Positions 17,267 to 26,995 are shown, counted from the stretch's first letter. The stretch: 64,000 nucleotides of DNA from Candidatus Eiseniibacteriota bacterium (GCA_963776245.1 CAVZLN010000003.1:864001-928000); one strand, 5' to 3'. The notes: generated by a model from the letters alone, not told the origin. Numbers and translations are program-made.

Positions 17267-18491
17267 GCCCCGCTTCGCCTGGGTGCCGGTCGCGCGCTGG
17301 GAGCTCTATCGCGTCCTGCGCAGGGCGGACTTCATCGCCTCGGTGCTGCTCACGCCGCTCATCGCGCTGGGATCGATCTGGCTCGGCGGGGCGCTGCGCG
17401 GCGCGCCCGCGAAGGTGGCGGTGGTGTGGCTCGCGCCCGGCGGCACGGCGCGCGCCCTCTTGGCCGCGGACACGCTCCCCGCGCGCGACGCGATCGTGTG
17501 GACGCCGGCGCCGCCGGCGGCCGGTGCCGACCCCGCGGCCCTGCTGGCCGAGGTGCGGGCCCGGCGACTGGATGGGGTGGCCCTGGTCCCGCACGACTAC
17601 GCGCTGGGCGGCACGGTCGAACTGCTGTCGCGCCGACCCGCTCCGCGCTGGCGGAACGGGGTGGAGTCCGCGCTGCGCGTGCGGGCGCGCACCGTGCGTG
17701 CGGAGGCCCGCGGCATCACGGCGGGCGAGCTGGTCGCCCTCGACGCGCGCGTCCAGACCCGCGAGCGCACGGCGCAGCCTCCGCCTCGCGCCGGCGGGCG
17801 GGATGCGCGCGGCGAACGCGTGGTGGTGCTGGCGCTGCTGGTCCTGATGATGGCCGTGCTGTTCTCGACCATCTCGTACCTGATGATCGGCATCAGCGGC
17901 GAGAAGCAGGCGCGCGTCACCGAGGTCGTGGTCTCCGCCGTCTCCCCGGAGGCGTGGATGGACGGCAAGCTGGTGGCCTTCACCGGCATCGGGCTCATCA
18001 TGGCGCTGGTGTGGGCCGGCTCGCTGCTAGCGATGGCGGGGCCGTTCGCCTTCGCGCTGCCGGGCTCGGTGCGGCCCGGGGCGCTATTGGTGTACACGCT
18101 CTACGCGGTGCTCGGCCTCTACCTGTACAACGCGCTGTTCGCGGCGCTCATGGCGACCCTGCAGGGGATCCAGTCGACGGCGAAGTTCCAGGGCTATTTC
18201 TTCATGCTGCCGTTCGTCCCGCTGTGCTTCATCGCGCGCCTGATCGAGGATCCGAACGCTGGGTGGCTCGCCGTCCTCTCGCAGGTGCCGCTGTTCTCCA
18301 GCAGCCTGATCCCGGCGCGCATGGTCATGGGCGCGGTGCCGGCATGGGAGGTGGTGCTGGGACTCGCGCTGCTGATCGCGGCCTCGTGGGGCATGCGCCA
18401 CGCCGCCGGGCGGATCTTCCGGGTCGGGATGCTGATGTACGGCAAGGACCTGACCCTGCCCGAGATCGTGCGCTGGGCGCGCGAGGGCTAG
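17259..18491 (+). CDS. ABC-2 permease (NatB/YhaP-like)
   Basis: GEKQARVTEVVVS...GK and C-terminal AAGRIFRVGMLMYGK motifs; TM helices. Confidence 0.88.
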   Translation: MPEPRFAWVPVARWELYRVLRRADFIASVLLTPLIALGSIWLGGALRGAPAKVAVVWLAPGGTARALLAADTLPARDAIVWTPAPPAAGADPAALLAEVRARRLDGVALVPHDYALGGTVELLSRRPAPRWRNGVESALRVRARTVRAEARGITAGELVALDARVQTRERTAQPPPRAGGRDARGERVVVLALLVLMMAVLFSTISYLMIGISGEKQARVTEVVVSAVSPEAWMDGKLVAFTGIGLIMALVWAGSLLAMAGPFAFALPGSVRPGALLVYTLYAVLGLYLYNALFAALMATLQGIQSTAKFQGYFFMLPFVPLCFIARLIEDPNAGWLAVLSQVPLFSSSLIPARMVMGAVPAWEVVLGLALLIAASWGMRHAAGRIFRVGMLMYGKDLTLPEIVRWAREG

Positions 18492-18548
18492 GCCGCCGGG
18501 CGCCGGGCCCGAGCGTGTCGGCCGGCGTTCGCCCACCCGCCTCGCGCA

Positions 18549-18578
18549 CGAAGGCCCGGGCGATTGCCCGGGCCTTCG
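18549..18578. terminator. Hairpin between convergent genes
   Basis: CGAAGGCCCGGGC-GATT-GCCCGGGCCTTCG, a 13-bp perfect stem. Confidence 0.65.
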
Positions 18579-18597
18579 CGGTGCCGATCGCGCTGCT

Positions 18598-19815
18598 TCA
18601 GTAGCCGACCCAGCCGAACAGCTGGAGCCCGTCGGTGATCGGACCGTGGACGCTGTCCGAGCCGTGCGCCCAGTCGAGACCGAAGCGCGCGTTCGGGTTC
18701 ACGTAGTAGGCTAGGTCGAGGGTGCCGAGGCTCACGTCCTCCACGCTGGTCGCCCCGTGCGACTTGGGCACGTACTCGTGCTCGTAGCGCGCCGTCAGCA
18801 CCCAGCGCGACTGCTTGTCGAGCAGGCACGTGGCCTCGAGCATGCCGGTGTGGGCGAGGTCTGAGACGCCCTCCGGCTGATCCTGGAACTTGTCGATCGT
18901 GTAGCCCGGGATGAGCGTCACGCGCCCGCGGTCGAGGTACGCGCTGAGATCACCCTGCACGTGCTGCGAGGACGACCCGCCGGGGACGCGGGGGTCCTGG
19001 CGGTCGAGGTAGAGGCGCGCGGTGTACAGATGGCCGGCCGCCTCGCGCATCACCCACAGGTACACGTTCTCGAGCTGATTGAAGTACTTGGCGTCCGGCC
19101 GGTGGGCCAGCAGGCTGTCGAGGCTGCGGCTGCTGTTGATGAGCCCGAGCGCGTACCACCAGTCCGACTTCACCCCGTTGAGCTCGAACCCCGCGGCCCC
19201 CAGGGTGACGCGGTCGTTCAGGTAGCCGGTCAGGGTGGTCTTGCGCGAGTCGGCGAGGTACGGGATGTCCGCGTCGAAGATGCCGGCCTTGATGTTGAGC
19301 GCGCCCTCCTTGCCCACGTCGTCGAACTGCACGAACGCCATCCCGCTCTGCAGCGGCCCGCCCTCGCCGGCGAAGTTGTTGTCGAAGTGGAACGTCACGC
19401 GCTCGGCGAGCGTGCCGGCGGTGTGGAACTCGACCTGGTTCTGCTGGAAGCCGCCGACGCTGCTGCGCACGCGCGACGAGCCGCCGGTGTCGGTCGCGGT
19501 GGAATTGAAGGCGTAGCCCACGTTGCCCACCAGCGAGATCGGGAACTCCTTCCCGGTGCTGTCCCACGGCGACTCGCCCCGGGCGCCCGGCATGCGGTAG
19601 CCGTTCTGCTTGAAGTGCATGCCGAACACGTTCAAGCGGGGCGCCGCCAGGTGGCAGGACGTGCACGGCATGCCGTACTTGCGCGCGAACAGCGGCAGCG
19701 CATCCGCCGGCGCGCGGAGCGCCGCGAGCGCGGAGAGCGCGGCCAGCACCGTGAGCGCGCTGGCGAGCAGGGAGGTGGGCGGGCGGCGACGGACCAAGTG
19801 GCGTGACCACGACAT
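18598..19815 (-). CDS. Cyc2-like fused monoheme cytochrome c / outer-membrane beta-barrel
   Basis: Signal peptide then LPLFARKYGMPCTSCHLAAPRLNVFGMHFKQNGY; remainder shows alternating beta-strands and ends in an aromatic residue (FGWVGY); GGAGGAG RBS. Confidence 0.8.
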   Translation of the reverse strand: MSWSRHLVRRRPPTSLLASALTVLAALSALAALRAPADALPLFARKYGMPCTSCHLAAPRLNVFGMHFKQNGYRMPGARGESPWDSTGKEFPISLVGNVGYAFNSTATDTGGSSRVRSSVGGFQQNQVEFHTAGTLAERVTFHFDNNFAGEGGPLQSGMAFVQFDDVGKEGALNIKAGIFDADIPYLADSRKTTLTGYLNDRVTLGAAGFELNGVKSDWWYALGLINSSRSLDSLLAHRPDAKYFNQLENVYLWVMREAAGHLYTARLYLDRQDPRVPGGSSSQHVQGDLSAYLDRGRVTLIPGYTIDKFQDQPEGVSDLAHTGMLEATCLLDKQSRWVLTARYEHEYVPKSHGATSVEDVSLGTLDLAYYVNPNARFGLDWAHGSDSVHGPITDGLQLFGWVGY

Positions 19816-19940
19816 CGGGCGACTCCTCCGGAGGACGGTGGAGCGATGGCCGGCGCGCGCGGACGATCGAGTGATGAGATCATCCACCGCGACCGGTCGC
19901 GAAGATCGCGACCATGGGCTGCGGCGACCCGACGGCGCGG

Positions 19941-19976
19941 AGACTAGCAGAGTGACACGGTCGAAGGTACCGTGTT
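19941..19976 (-). promoter_or_regulatory. Extended -10 promoter plus palindromic operator upstream of the cyc2-like gene
   Basis: TGC-TAGTCT (19941-19949) preceded by inverted repeat ACACGGT-N7-ACCGTGT (19955-19975). Confidence 0.5.
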
Positions 19977-20038
19977 GCGAGCGGCGAGCGGCGCGGCGTC
20001 GGCACGCGCCACGAGCCGCCCGCCCGGGCGACCCGCGC

Positions 20039-20314
20039 CTACCCGCGCGACAGCCGCCAGTCCTTCGCGAGCCGCTCCACCATCGCCTCGATGCGGCGCT
20101 CCCGGGTCGCGGGGCGCTTCGCGTCGGTGACGTAGCGGATCAACTGGCGCCGGTGCGAGGGCGGCCACGCCGCGAACTGCGCCTGGGCCGGCTTGGAGCC
20201 GCGCAGCGCCCGCGCGAGGTCGGCGGGCACGCGCGTCACGCGCGGGCGCGGGGCGGCGGCGCGTTTGGGGGCCGTCCGCCGGGCCTTCACCTTCGCCTTG
20301 GCCTTCACTGTCAT
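20039..20314 (-). CDS. YdeI/OmpD-associated (OmdA) family protein
   Basis: VPADLARAL...FAAWPPSHRRQLIRYVTDAKRPATRERRI. Confidence 0.8.
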   Translation of the reverse strand: MTVKAKAKVKARRTAPKRAAAPRPRVTRVPADLARALRGSKPAQAQFAAWPPSHRRQLIRYVTDAKRPATRERRIEAMVERLAKDWRLSRG

Positions 20315-20336
20315 AGGGTCTCCGCGTGAGGGGAGT

Positions 20337-20738
20337 TCAGCGGTTCGCCACGCGCCGGACGAGCTTGAGCGCGTTCCGGCGCCCGTCCAGCGCGATCACC
20401 TTGATGTCCATCATGCCGAGCGCCTGCGCGGCCTGGCGCACCGTGTCCTCCTGGATGCGCGGCAGGCCCTGCGGCCAGATCGCCCACACCGCGGCATCGC
20501 GACGGAGCTGCTTCTCCACCGTGGCCAGTCGCCGCAGGCCGGCCGGGCTCTCGATCACCAGGAACACGAGGTCGGTCTCCGGGCCCACGCGTGTGGTGGC
20601 GACGTCGGCCGCCCGCGTGTGCAGTTCGGCGATGAAGCCCGGGTCCGCCAGCCCCAGCACGGCGACCCTCGCGCCGGGCATGACGTCCAGCTCATCGAGG
20701 CGGTTGCGCTTCGTCGAACCCGACGGCCGCGTCGTCAT
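20337..20738 (-). CDS. Hypothetical protein (DUF3052-like)
   Basis: LDELDVMPG...VWAIWP...EDTVR...LGMMDIKVIALD...ALKLV pattern. Confidence 0.6.
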   Translation of the reverse strand: MTTRPSGSTKRNRLDELDVMPGARVAVLGLADPGFIAELHTRAADVATTRVGPETDLVFLVIESPAGLRRLATVEKQLRRDAAVWAIWPQGLPRIQEDTVRQAAQALGMMDIKVIALDGRRNALKLVRRVANR

Positions 20739-20795
20739 CCGGGTCTCCGTGGTGAGGCACCCATGTCCGCGCACAACGCAGTAGCAGAAGATGGC

Positions 20796-22121
20796 TCAGG
20801 AATCCACACAAGGATGCAGCGCAACCTCGGCCGGCGGTCCGTCGGCGCTCCGCCGCAGCGCCCGCGCGAGCGCCGGGCGCAGGCGCGCCGGCGTCACGCG
20901 CCCGAGCACCACGCGCGGCGTCCCACCGGCCCGTGCCAGCGCGGCGAGCGCGTCCGCGACCCCGTCGATCGCGGCGTCGGGATCGGACCGGCCCCACGCC
21001 GGGAACGGCGCCGGCCCGCCATCGCCGAACCACGGCTCGAAACCCACCCGGCGCGCTTCGAGCCGGCCCGCCTCGCGCACCCGTCGCACGTCCACGCGCC
21101 CGATCAGCCGGCCGTCGTGGAGCACCGGCAGCACATAGTAACCGAACACCCGCCGCGGCTCCGGCACGTACACCTCGATGCGATAGTCGAACCCGAACAG
21201 GCGCGCCACGCGTTCGCGGTGCCACAGCAGCGAGTCGAACGGCGAGAGCAGCGCGGTGCCACGCGACGGCGCCCGGCGCCGGGCGGCGCGCTCCAGCGCC
21301 GGCAGGTCGCGGGCCAGCGCGTACCACGGACCGCGCTCGCCCTCGATCGCCACCTCGGTCGCGGTCCCCTCCTCGAGCGCCGCACGCAGCGCCGCCCGGT
21401 GGTCGGCCGCGGTGACGCGGGGGAAGGTGAGATACCCGCGCAGGTCGGCCGCGGTCGCGGCGCCCATGGCGTGGAGCGAGCGCTCGAGGTGCCAGCCGCG
21501 GAACGCCGCGGGCGCCAGCGGCTCGACCGCGGCGAGGTCCGGCAGCACGCGCTCGGCGAGGTCGTAGCGCTTGTGGAAGTGCGCCCGCGAGTGCACCAGC
21601 AGCCGGCCGCGCATCCACAGCACGTGGAGCGCGTGCTGGGCCGGCTTCCAGTCCCACCAGCCGCCGGCGCCCGCGGGGCGGGCGTGCTCGAAGTCGGCGC
21701 TCGCGAGCGGGCCGCGCTCGCGCACCGCGCCCTCGACCGCGCGCAGCGTCGCCGCGTGCTGCTGCAGCCAGGCCGACCAGCCGGTGCTGTGCCCGCGGTA
21801 ATCGATCATCGCGCGCTTCCAGCCCGCGAGATGCGCGCGCGGCACCAGGCAGGCGGCGTGCGCCCAGTACTCGATCAGCACGCGCCGCCGGTAGAGCATC
21901 CGATCGAGCGCGGCGCGGTCGAACGCGCCGAAGCGGCTGTGGAGCGTGATGAGATGGGCGCGGTCCACCGCGTTGATCGAGTCGAGCTGGATGCCGCCGG
22001 TGTCGGCGGCGAAGCGGGCGAGCGCCGCCGCCGTGAGCCGGCGCCCGCGCGGACGGTCGAGCTGCTGGCGCTCGAGGAACAGCGCGGCCACCGCGTGGAG
22101 CGGGAAGGTGGAGGGGCTCAC
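20796..22121 (-). CDS. YcaQ/AlkZ (HTH_42) family interstrand-crosslink DNA glycosylase
   Basis: IQLDSINAVDRAH (QxD), EYWAHAAC and LLSPFDSLLWHRER..LFGFDYRIEVYVP..R.FGYYVLP motifs; GTG start overlaps the glcF stop. Confidence 0.88.
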   Translation of the reverse strand: MSPSTFPLHAVAALFLERQQLDRPRGRRLTAAALARFAADTGGIQLDSINAVDRAHLITLHSRFGAFDRAALDRMLYRRRVLIEYWAHAACLVPRAHLAGWKRAMIDYRGHSTGWSAWLQQHAATLRAVEGAVRERGPLASADFEHARPAGAGGWWDWKPAQHALHVLWMRGRLLVHSRAHFHKRYDLAERVLPDLAAVEPLAPAAFRGWHLERSLHAMGAATAADLRGYLTFPRVTAADHRAALRAALEEGTATEVAIEGERGPWYALARDLPALERAARRRAPSRGTALLSPFDSLLWHRERVARLFGFDYRIEVYVPEPRRVFGYYVLPVLHDGRLIGRVDVRRVREAGRLEARRVGFEPWFGDGGPAPFPAWGRSDPDAAIDGVADALAALARAGGTPRVVLGRVTPARLRPALARALRRSADGPPAEVALHPCVDS

Positions 22122-23524
22122 GCGCGTGCCGGCGGGTACGCGCGCCCGAGCACGTCCACCAGGTGCTCCATCCGCACCGGCGAGCCGCGTTCGCGGGCCC
22201 CGCGCGCCATGTGGAGCAGGCAGCCCGGGTTCGAGGCCACCACCACCTCGGGCGCCACGGCCTCGATCGAGTCGAGCTTGAGCCGCAACTGCTCGTCCGC
22301 CATCGCCGCGTGCGTGAGGTTGTAGATCCCGGCGCTGCCGCAGCACCAGTCGGAGTTCGGCAGGTCCACGAGCGTCACGCCCGGCACCGCGCGCAGCAGC
22401 AGCCGCGGCGCGGACCGCACGCCCTGCGCGTGCGCGAGATGGCAGGGGTCGTGGTAGCCCACGCGCAGCGGCCGGGCCGGATCGTGGGCGGAGGACAGCG
22501 GCCGGCGGGCCTCGGGCAGGCCGAGCTGCACCAGCGCCTCGCTCACGTCGCGCACGCGCGCGCCCACCACCTCCGCATCCGCCGCCGCGTCGTCGTCCGC
22601 CAGCAGGTGCCCCATCTCGCGCAGCGCGGCCCCGCAGCCGGCGGCGTGCGTGACCACCAGGTCGTACGCCCCCGGCGCCAGCATCCGCGCATTGCGGCGC
22701 GCGAGGTCCTTGGCCTCGCGGCGCAGCCCGGCGTGCGCGTGGAGCGCGCCGCAGCAGGACTGGGCGCGCGGCCACCACACCTCGGCGCCGGCGAGCACCA
22801 GCAGGCGCACCGCCTCGCGGTTGGTGCCGGCGAACATCGCGTCCATCACGCAGGTCGAGAAGAACGCCACGCGCGCCCGCGGGCGTCCCGCGGGGTGGAA
22901 CACCAGCGCGTCGGTCCGGGCCTCCATGCGGGCGCCCGCGGGCAGCGCGCTCGCGACGCGCTCGAGCGCGCGTTCGGCGCGGGGCGCGATCGGCGGGGTG
23001 AGCGCGAGCCCGAGGCGCGCGAACGCCGGCAGCATCCCGCGTGCGCCCGCGGCGCGGGCGAGCGCCGCCAGCGGCCCGTGCTGCGTGAGCCTCAGCAGGT
23101 CGGCGGCCCCGTGCATGCGCTCGCGCTCGGGGAACAGCGTGCGCAGCGCCCAGGTGCCGAGCGCGCGGCCGAACGAGAACGGCCGCGCGCGGCGCTCCAA
23201 CTGGCCGCGGGTGGCCTCGAGCAGGCGCGAGTAGGGGACGCCCGCCGGACACACGGTCTCGCACGCCCTGCAGGCCAGGCACTGGTCGAGATGCGCCAGC
23301 AGCGGATCGCTCGGCCCGATGCGCCCCTCGGAGAGCCCGCGCATCAGGTAGAGCCGGCCGCGCGGGGAGTCGGGCTCCAGCTTGTTCGTGCGGTAGGTGG
23401 GGCAGGCGGTCAGGCACAGCCCGCAGTGGATGCAGGCGTCGAGGTCGAGGCGCGTGGGTGCGTCCGCGGCGTCGAACCACGAGGCGGGATGCGGCGGGCG
23501 TGGGGAAGCGTGCTCGCTGGTCAC
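22118..23524 (-). CDS. glcF: Glycolate oxidase Fe-S subunit GlcF-like
   Basis: CIHCGLCLTACP, CLACRACETVCP, two CCG domains, YHDPCHLAH and SNPGC motifs. Confidence 0.85.
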   Translation of the reverse strand: MTSEHASPRPPHPASWFDAADAPTRLDLDACIHCGLCLTACPTYRTNKLEPDSPRGRLYLMRGLSEGRIGPSDPLLAHLDQCLACRACETVCPAGVPYSRLLEATRGQLERRARPFSFGRALGTWALRTLFPERERMHGAADLLRLTQHGPLAALARAAGARGMLPAFARLGLALTPPIAPRAERALERVASALPAGARMEARTDALVFHPAGRPRARVAFFSTCVMDAMFAGTNREAVRLLVLAGAEVWWPRAQSCCGALHAHAGLRREAKDLARRNARMLAPGAYDLVVTHAAGCGAALREMGHLLADDDAAADAEVVGARVRDVSEALVQLGLPEARRPLSSAHDPARPLRVGYHDPCHLAHAQGVRSAPRLLLRAVPGVTLVDLPNSDWCCGSAGIYNLTHAAMADEQLRLKLDSIEAVAPEVVVASNPGCLLHMARGARERGSPVRMEHLVDVLGRAYPPARA

Positions 23525-23561
23525 GCGGGCAGGATAGCAGAGCGGCGCGGTGGCGCCGCGC

Positions 23562-23933
23562 CTACGACCGATCGTCCGTCAGGTGGAAGTGGTGGAGCGC
23601 GCGATGGAGCACCGGCGCGAGCAGCACCGCCACGCTCACCAGGAACACCACGCCGGAGAACAGGGCGTAGGCCGAGGCGAACCACTTCTCGGCGTCGGGG
23701 AGCCCGGGCCGGGCGTCCACCGGCCCCATGCCGCCGAGGATCATGGAGGCGTTGTAGAGCGAGTCGAGCCACGACAGTCCGCCGCTCACGCGGTAGCCCA
23801 CCACGCCGACGCCGAGCGAGAGCCCGAGGATGAGCGCCGCGACCGCGCCGTTGCGCCGGATGCGCGCGTGGTACTCGGCGCGCGGGGCGAGCGGCTCGTG
23901 GTGGCGCTCGTAGTGGAGGAGCCGTCGCTTCAT
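23562..23933 (-). CDS. Small 2-TM/pore-loop channel-like membrane protein
   Basis: 123 aa from ATG 23933; TM1-GY...WLDSLYNASMILGGMGP...TM2 FASAYALFSG. Confidence 0.65.
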   Translation of the reverse strand: MKRRLLHYERHHEPLAPRAEYHARIRRNGAVAALILGLSLGVGVVGYRVSGGLSWLDSLYNASMILGGMGPVDARPGLPDAEKWFASAYALFSGVVFLVSVAVLLAPVLHRALHHFHLTDDRS

Positions 23934-24958
23934 GGGACCAGCACCACCTTCCCGAAGTGCTCGCGCCGCTCGATGCGTTCGTGCGCGGCGCGCGCCTCGG
24001 CGAGCGGCATCACGCGATCGACCACCGGCTTCAGCCGGCCGTCGGCCACGAATCGCAGCACCTCGGCCAGGTCGCGGCGCGTGCCCATCCACGAGCCCAT
24101 GAGCGTGAGGTGACGGCCGAACAGCGCGTTCACGTTCAGCCGGACGTCGGCGCCGATGGTGGCGCCGCAGGTGACCAGCCGTCCGTCGCGCGCCAGGCAC
24201 GCGACCGCCTGCTCGAACACCGCGCCCCCGACGTGCTCGAACACCACCTCGACGCCCTTCCTCCCGGTCAGCGTGCGCACCGCCGGCGCGAAGTCCCCCG
24301 GCGCGTGGTCGAGGACCTCGTGCGCGCCGAGCGCGCGAGCGCGTTCGCACTTCGCGGCGCCCCCGGCGGTGGCGATGACACGCGCGCCGAGCAGGCGCGC
24401 GATCTGCACCGCCGCGCTGCCCACGCCGGAGCCCGCGCCCACCACCAGCACGTCCTCGCCCGCGCGCACGCGGGCGCGCGTGACCAGCATGTGCCACGCG
24501 GTGAGGAACACCAGCGGCACCGCGGCCGCCTCTTCCCACGTGAGGTTCGCGGGGAACGGGAACAGGTTCGCGGCGGGCACCGCGACGCGCTCGGCGTAGC
24601 CGCCGTTGCGCGCCCGCCCGAGCACGTCGTGCGCGCCGCACAAGTTGTCGTCGCCGGCGCGGCAGGCCTCGCACACTCCGCACGAGAGCGTGGGATGCAC
24701 CAGCACGGGATCGCCCGGCTTCACCCCGCGCACCGCGGCGCCGCACTCCGCGACCACGCCCACCACGTCGCTCCCGAGGATGTGCGGCAGCTCGGGCGCG
24801 AGGCCGGGCAGTCCGCCGCGCACCCACAGGTCGAGATGGTTGATGCCGCACGCCCGGACCTCGACCACCGCCTCGTCCGCGCCGCAGCGCGGCTCGGGCA
24901 GGTCGCGCATCACGAGCACCTCGGGCCCGCCGCAGCGGTCGAACGCCACCGCCCGCAT
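23930..24958 (-). CDS. Zinc-binding dehydrogenase / quinone oxidoreductase (MDR family)
   Basis: MRAVAF..GGPEVL, NHLDLW, CGVCEAC..G.DNLC and GAGSGVG motifs. Confidence 0.9.
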   Translation of the reverse strand: MRAVAFDRCGGPEVLVMRDLPEPRCGADEAVVEVRACGINHLDLWVRGGLPGLAPELPHILGSDVVGVVAECGAAVRGVKPGDPVLVHPTLSCGVCEACRAGDDNLCGAHDVLGRARNGGYAERVAVPAANLFPFPANLTWEEAAAVPLVFLTAWHMLVTRARVRAGEDVLVVGAGSGVGSAAVQIARLLGARVIATAGGAAKCERARALGAHEVLDHAPGDFAPAVRTLTGRKGVEVVFEHVGGAVFEQAVACLARDGRLVTCGATIGADVRLNVNALFGRHLTLMGSWMGTRRDLAEVLRFVADGRLKPVVDRVMPLAEARAAHERIERREHFGKVVLVP

Positions 24959-24960
24959 GG

Positions 24961-26892
24961 TCACCCCGTCCGCGCGCGCCGCATGCGGCGCTGGTAGAAG
25001 TAGGACACCGCGAGCAGCACCACGCCCACCAGCACCGCGCTCACGAAGCGCCAGAACACGTCCACCTCGGCGAGATCGGCGAGGGCGAACTTGGCCACCG
25101 TGAGCCCCAGCAGGCCGAGCCCGAGCCAGCGCAGGTACGCCGAGCGCCTCCGCCAGCCCGCGGCCACCAGCCCCGCGGCCTGCAGCGTCCACAGCGCGCT
25201 CGAGAGGAACGCCTGCAGCATGCCGACCCGCTGCGACAGAGCCGGCGCGCCGAGCGCAGGCGGCTTCGCCCAGCGCCCGCCGGTGCCCTCGAGCGCGCGC
25301 GCGAGGTGATCGGCCTCGGCCGCGCTGTAGATGATCAGCATCACCATCGCCGCCATCACCCAGCTGCGCGAGAGCACCTTGCGCCATTCCACGCCGAAGC
25401 GGTCCTCGCGCCGCAGCAGGGCGCCGGTCACCAGCACCAGGGCGATGCCCGCGAGCGATCGCAGGCTGTGCGGATGCACGAACGGGATCTCGCTCAGCTC
25501 CACCGTGCCGTGCTCGAGCAGCCCGAACAGATGCACGAGGCCGCCCACGCACGACACCGTGGCCCCGAGACCGCGCAGCCAGGCGCCGCGCCGGCCGGAG
25601 CCCAGCCACACCAGCGCCGCGCCCTCGGCGAGCCACGCGAGCGAGAGGTAGGAGGTCCCCACGGCGCGCTCGACCGCGATGGTGACGAACAGCGTCGCGC
25701 CCGCGGTGAGCGGTCGCCAGGCGTCGTCCGAGGGACGCCGGGAATCGATCCACCACGCCGCGGCGGCGTGCACCCCGGCGAGCGCCAGCAGCAGCACCGC
25801 GGCCGGGATCCGGGACGCATACTCGAGGAACGGCCACGACGCGACGGCGAACAGCAGCGGGGCCGCGACGATGACCGCCAGCTCGGACGGACGCGCACGC
25901 TCCGCGGTGCGCGCGAGGCGCGCCAGCGGCGCGAGCCCGACGACGGCGTAGAGCACGGCGAGCCCGCACTCGGGTCCCCAGCCCCACGTGCGGGGCGGGA
26001 ACGCGGGGATCCACGCCAGGGTCGTGAGGCCGAGGGACCCCAGCGCGAGCAGCGACCAGCCGGCGCGCGCGCCGAGCGCGAACACCACGGCGTTCACCAC
26101 CGCGAGGTAGCCGAGCAGCGCCGGCGGCCCGAGGTCGAACCCGCGCAGATGGAGCAGGCCCGACATCAGCTGGGGCACGAACGCGCCGATCACGCCCAGC
26201 GCCGCGATCGCCTGCGCGCGGTAGCGCAGGCCCACGGTCATGGTGCCGAACGAGGCGAACGCGAGCAGCGGCAGCGCGGCCGCGGTGGGGAGCACGTGGA
26301 GCGTGAACCAGCCGAGGTAGAGCGAGAGGTACGCGACTCCGAGCCCCACGCCGATGAGCGCGTGCCCGATCGGGGGGAGCGTGCGCGCGAGCCGGTCGCC
26401 GCGCCACGCCAGCGCGGCCCCGAACAGCACGCCGGCCATCACGAGCACCGCGGGGCCGAGCCGTCCGGAGGTGTACCCCCACAGGATGCTGAAGAACGCG
26501 CCGAGCATCACGAGCACCGCGCCGGCATTCTGCATCCACAGCCCGCCGACCATCTCCTCGGCGCGCGCGCTGTCGAAGAACGGGCGCGCGGAGCGAGCCG
26601 CGGAGTCTTCCGCGGGGGGCGCGGCGGCCGGGGCGGCGGCCGGGGGCGCGGCGGCCGCGCCCGCCAGCGGGAACGGGATCGGCGGGGGCGCCGGGGCGCC
26701 CGCGCGCGCGTCGTCGGGAGGGGGCACCGCGACCAGCGCCGCGCCGCGCTCGGCCTCGAGCCGGCGCACGCGCTCGCGCAATCCCGCGGTCTCGCGCTCG
26801 GCACGGCGCGCCGCCACCAGCGCCCACACCGGCATCACGAACCAGCCCAGCCCGAGGATGACGGCGAAGAACCACACGGCGGGACCCTCCAC
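24961..26892 (-). CDS. DUF2339-like multi-pass membrane protein
   Basis: N-terminal TM, coiled coil and Pro/Ala linker, EEMVGGLW, many TMs, C-terminal KFALADL...RFVS...VSYFYQR; start approximate. Confidence 0.75.
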   Translation of the reverse strand: MEGPAVWFFAVILGLGWFVMPVWALVAARRAERETAGLRERVRRLEAERGAALVAVPPPDDARAGAPAPPPIPFPLAGAAAAPPAAAPAAAPPAEDSAARSARPFFDSARAEEMVGGLWMQNAGAVLVMLGAFFSILWGYTSGRLGPAVLVMAGVLFGAALAWRGDRLARTLPPIGHALIGVGLGVAYLSLYLGWFTLHVLPTAAALPLLAFASFGTMTVGLRYRAQAIAALGVIGAFVPQLMSGLLHLRGFDLGPPALLGYLAVVNAVVFALGARAGWSLLALGSLGLTTLAWIPAFPPRTWGWGPECGLAVLYAVVGLAPLARLARTAERARPSELAVIVAAPLLFAVASWPFLEYASRIPAAVLLLALAGVHAAAAWWIDSRRPSDDAWRPLTAGATLFVTIAVERAVGTSYLSLAWLAEGAALVWLGSGRRGAWLRGLGATVSCVGGLVHLFGLLEHGTVELSEIPFVHPHSLRSLAGIALVLVTGALLRREDRFGVEWRKVLSRSWVMAAMVMLIIYSAAEADHLARALEGTGGRWAKPPALGAPALSQRVGMLQAFLSSALWTLQAAGLVAAGWRRRSAYLRWLGLGLLGLTVAKFALADLAEVDVFWRFVSAVLVGVVLLAVSYFYQRRMRRARTG

Positions 26893-26995
26893 GCGTGAAG
26901 CCGAGGCTTCCGATCGCGGCCAGCATAGCGCCCTCGGGCGGCGGACGGAATCCGCGGCGGCGCGCGCGAGCGCTCGCGACGCGCTAGGATGCGGC

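Noticed and set aside
20796..26926. Apparent giant fusion ORFs (894 aa at 20796-23480; 998 aa at 23930-26926)
   Set aside because: N-terminal parts are off-frame read-through over upstream genes; the real starts are 22121 and 24958.
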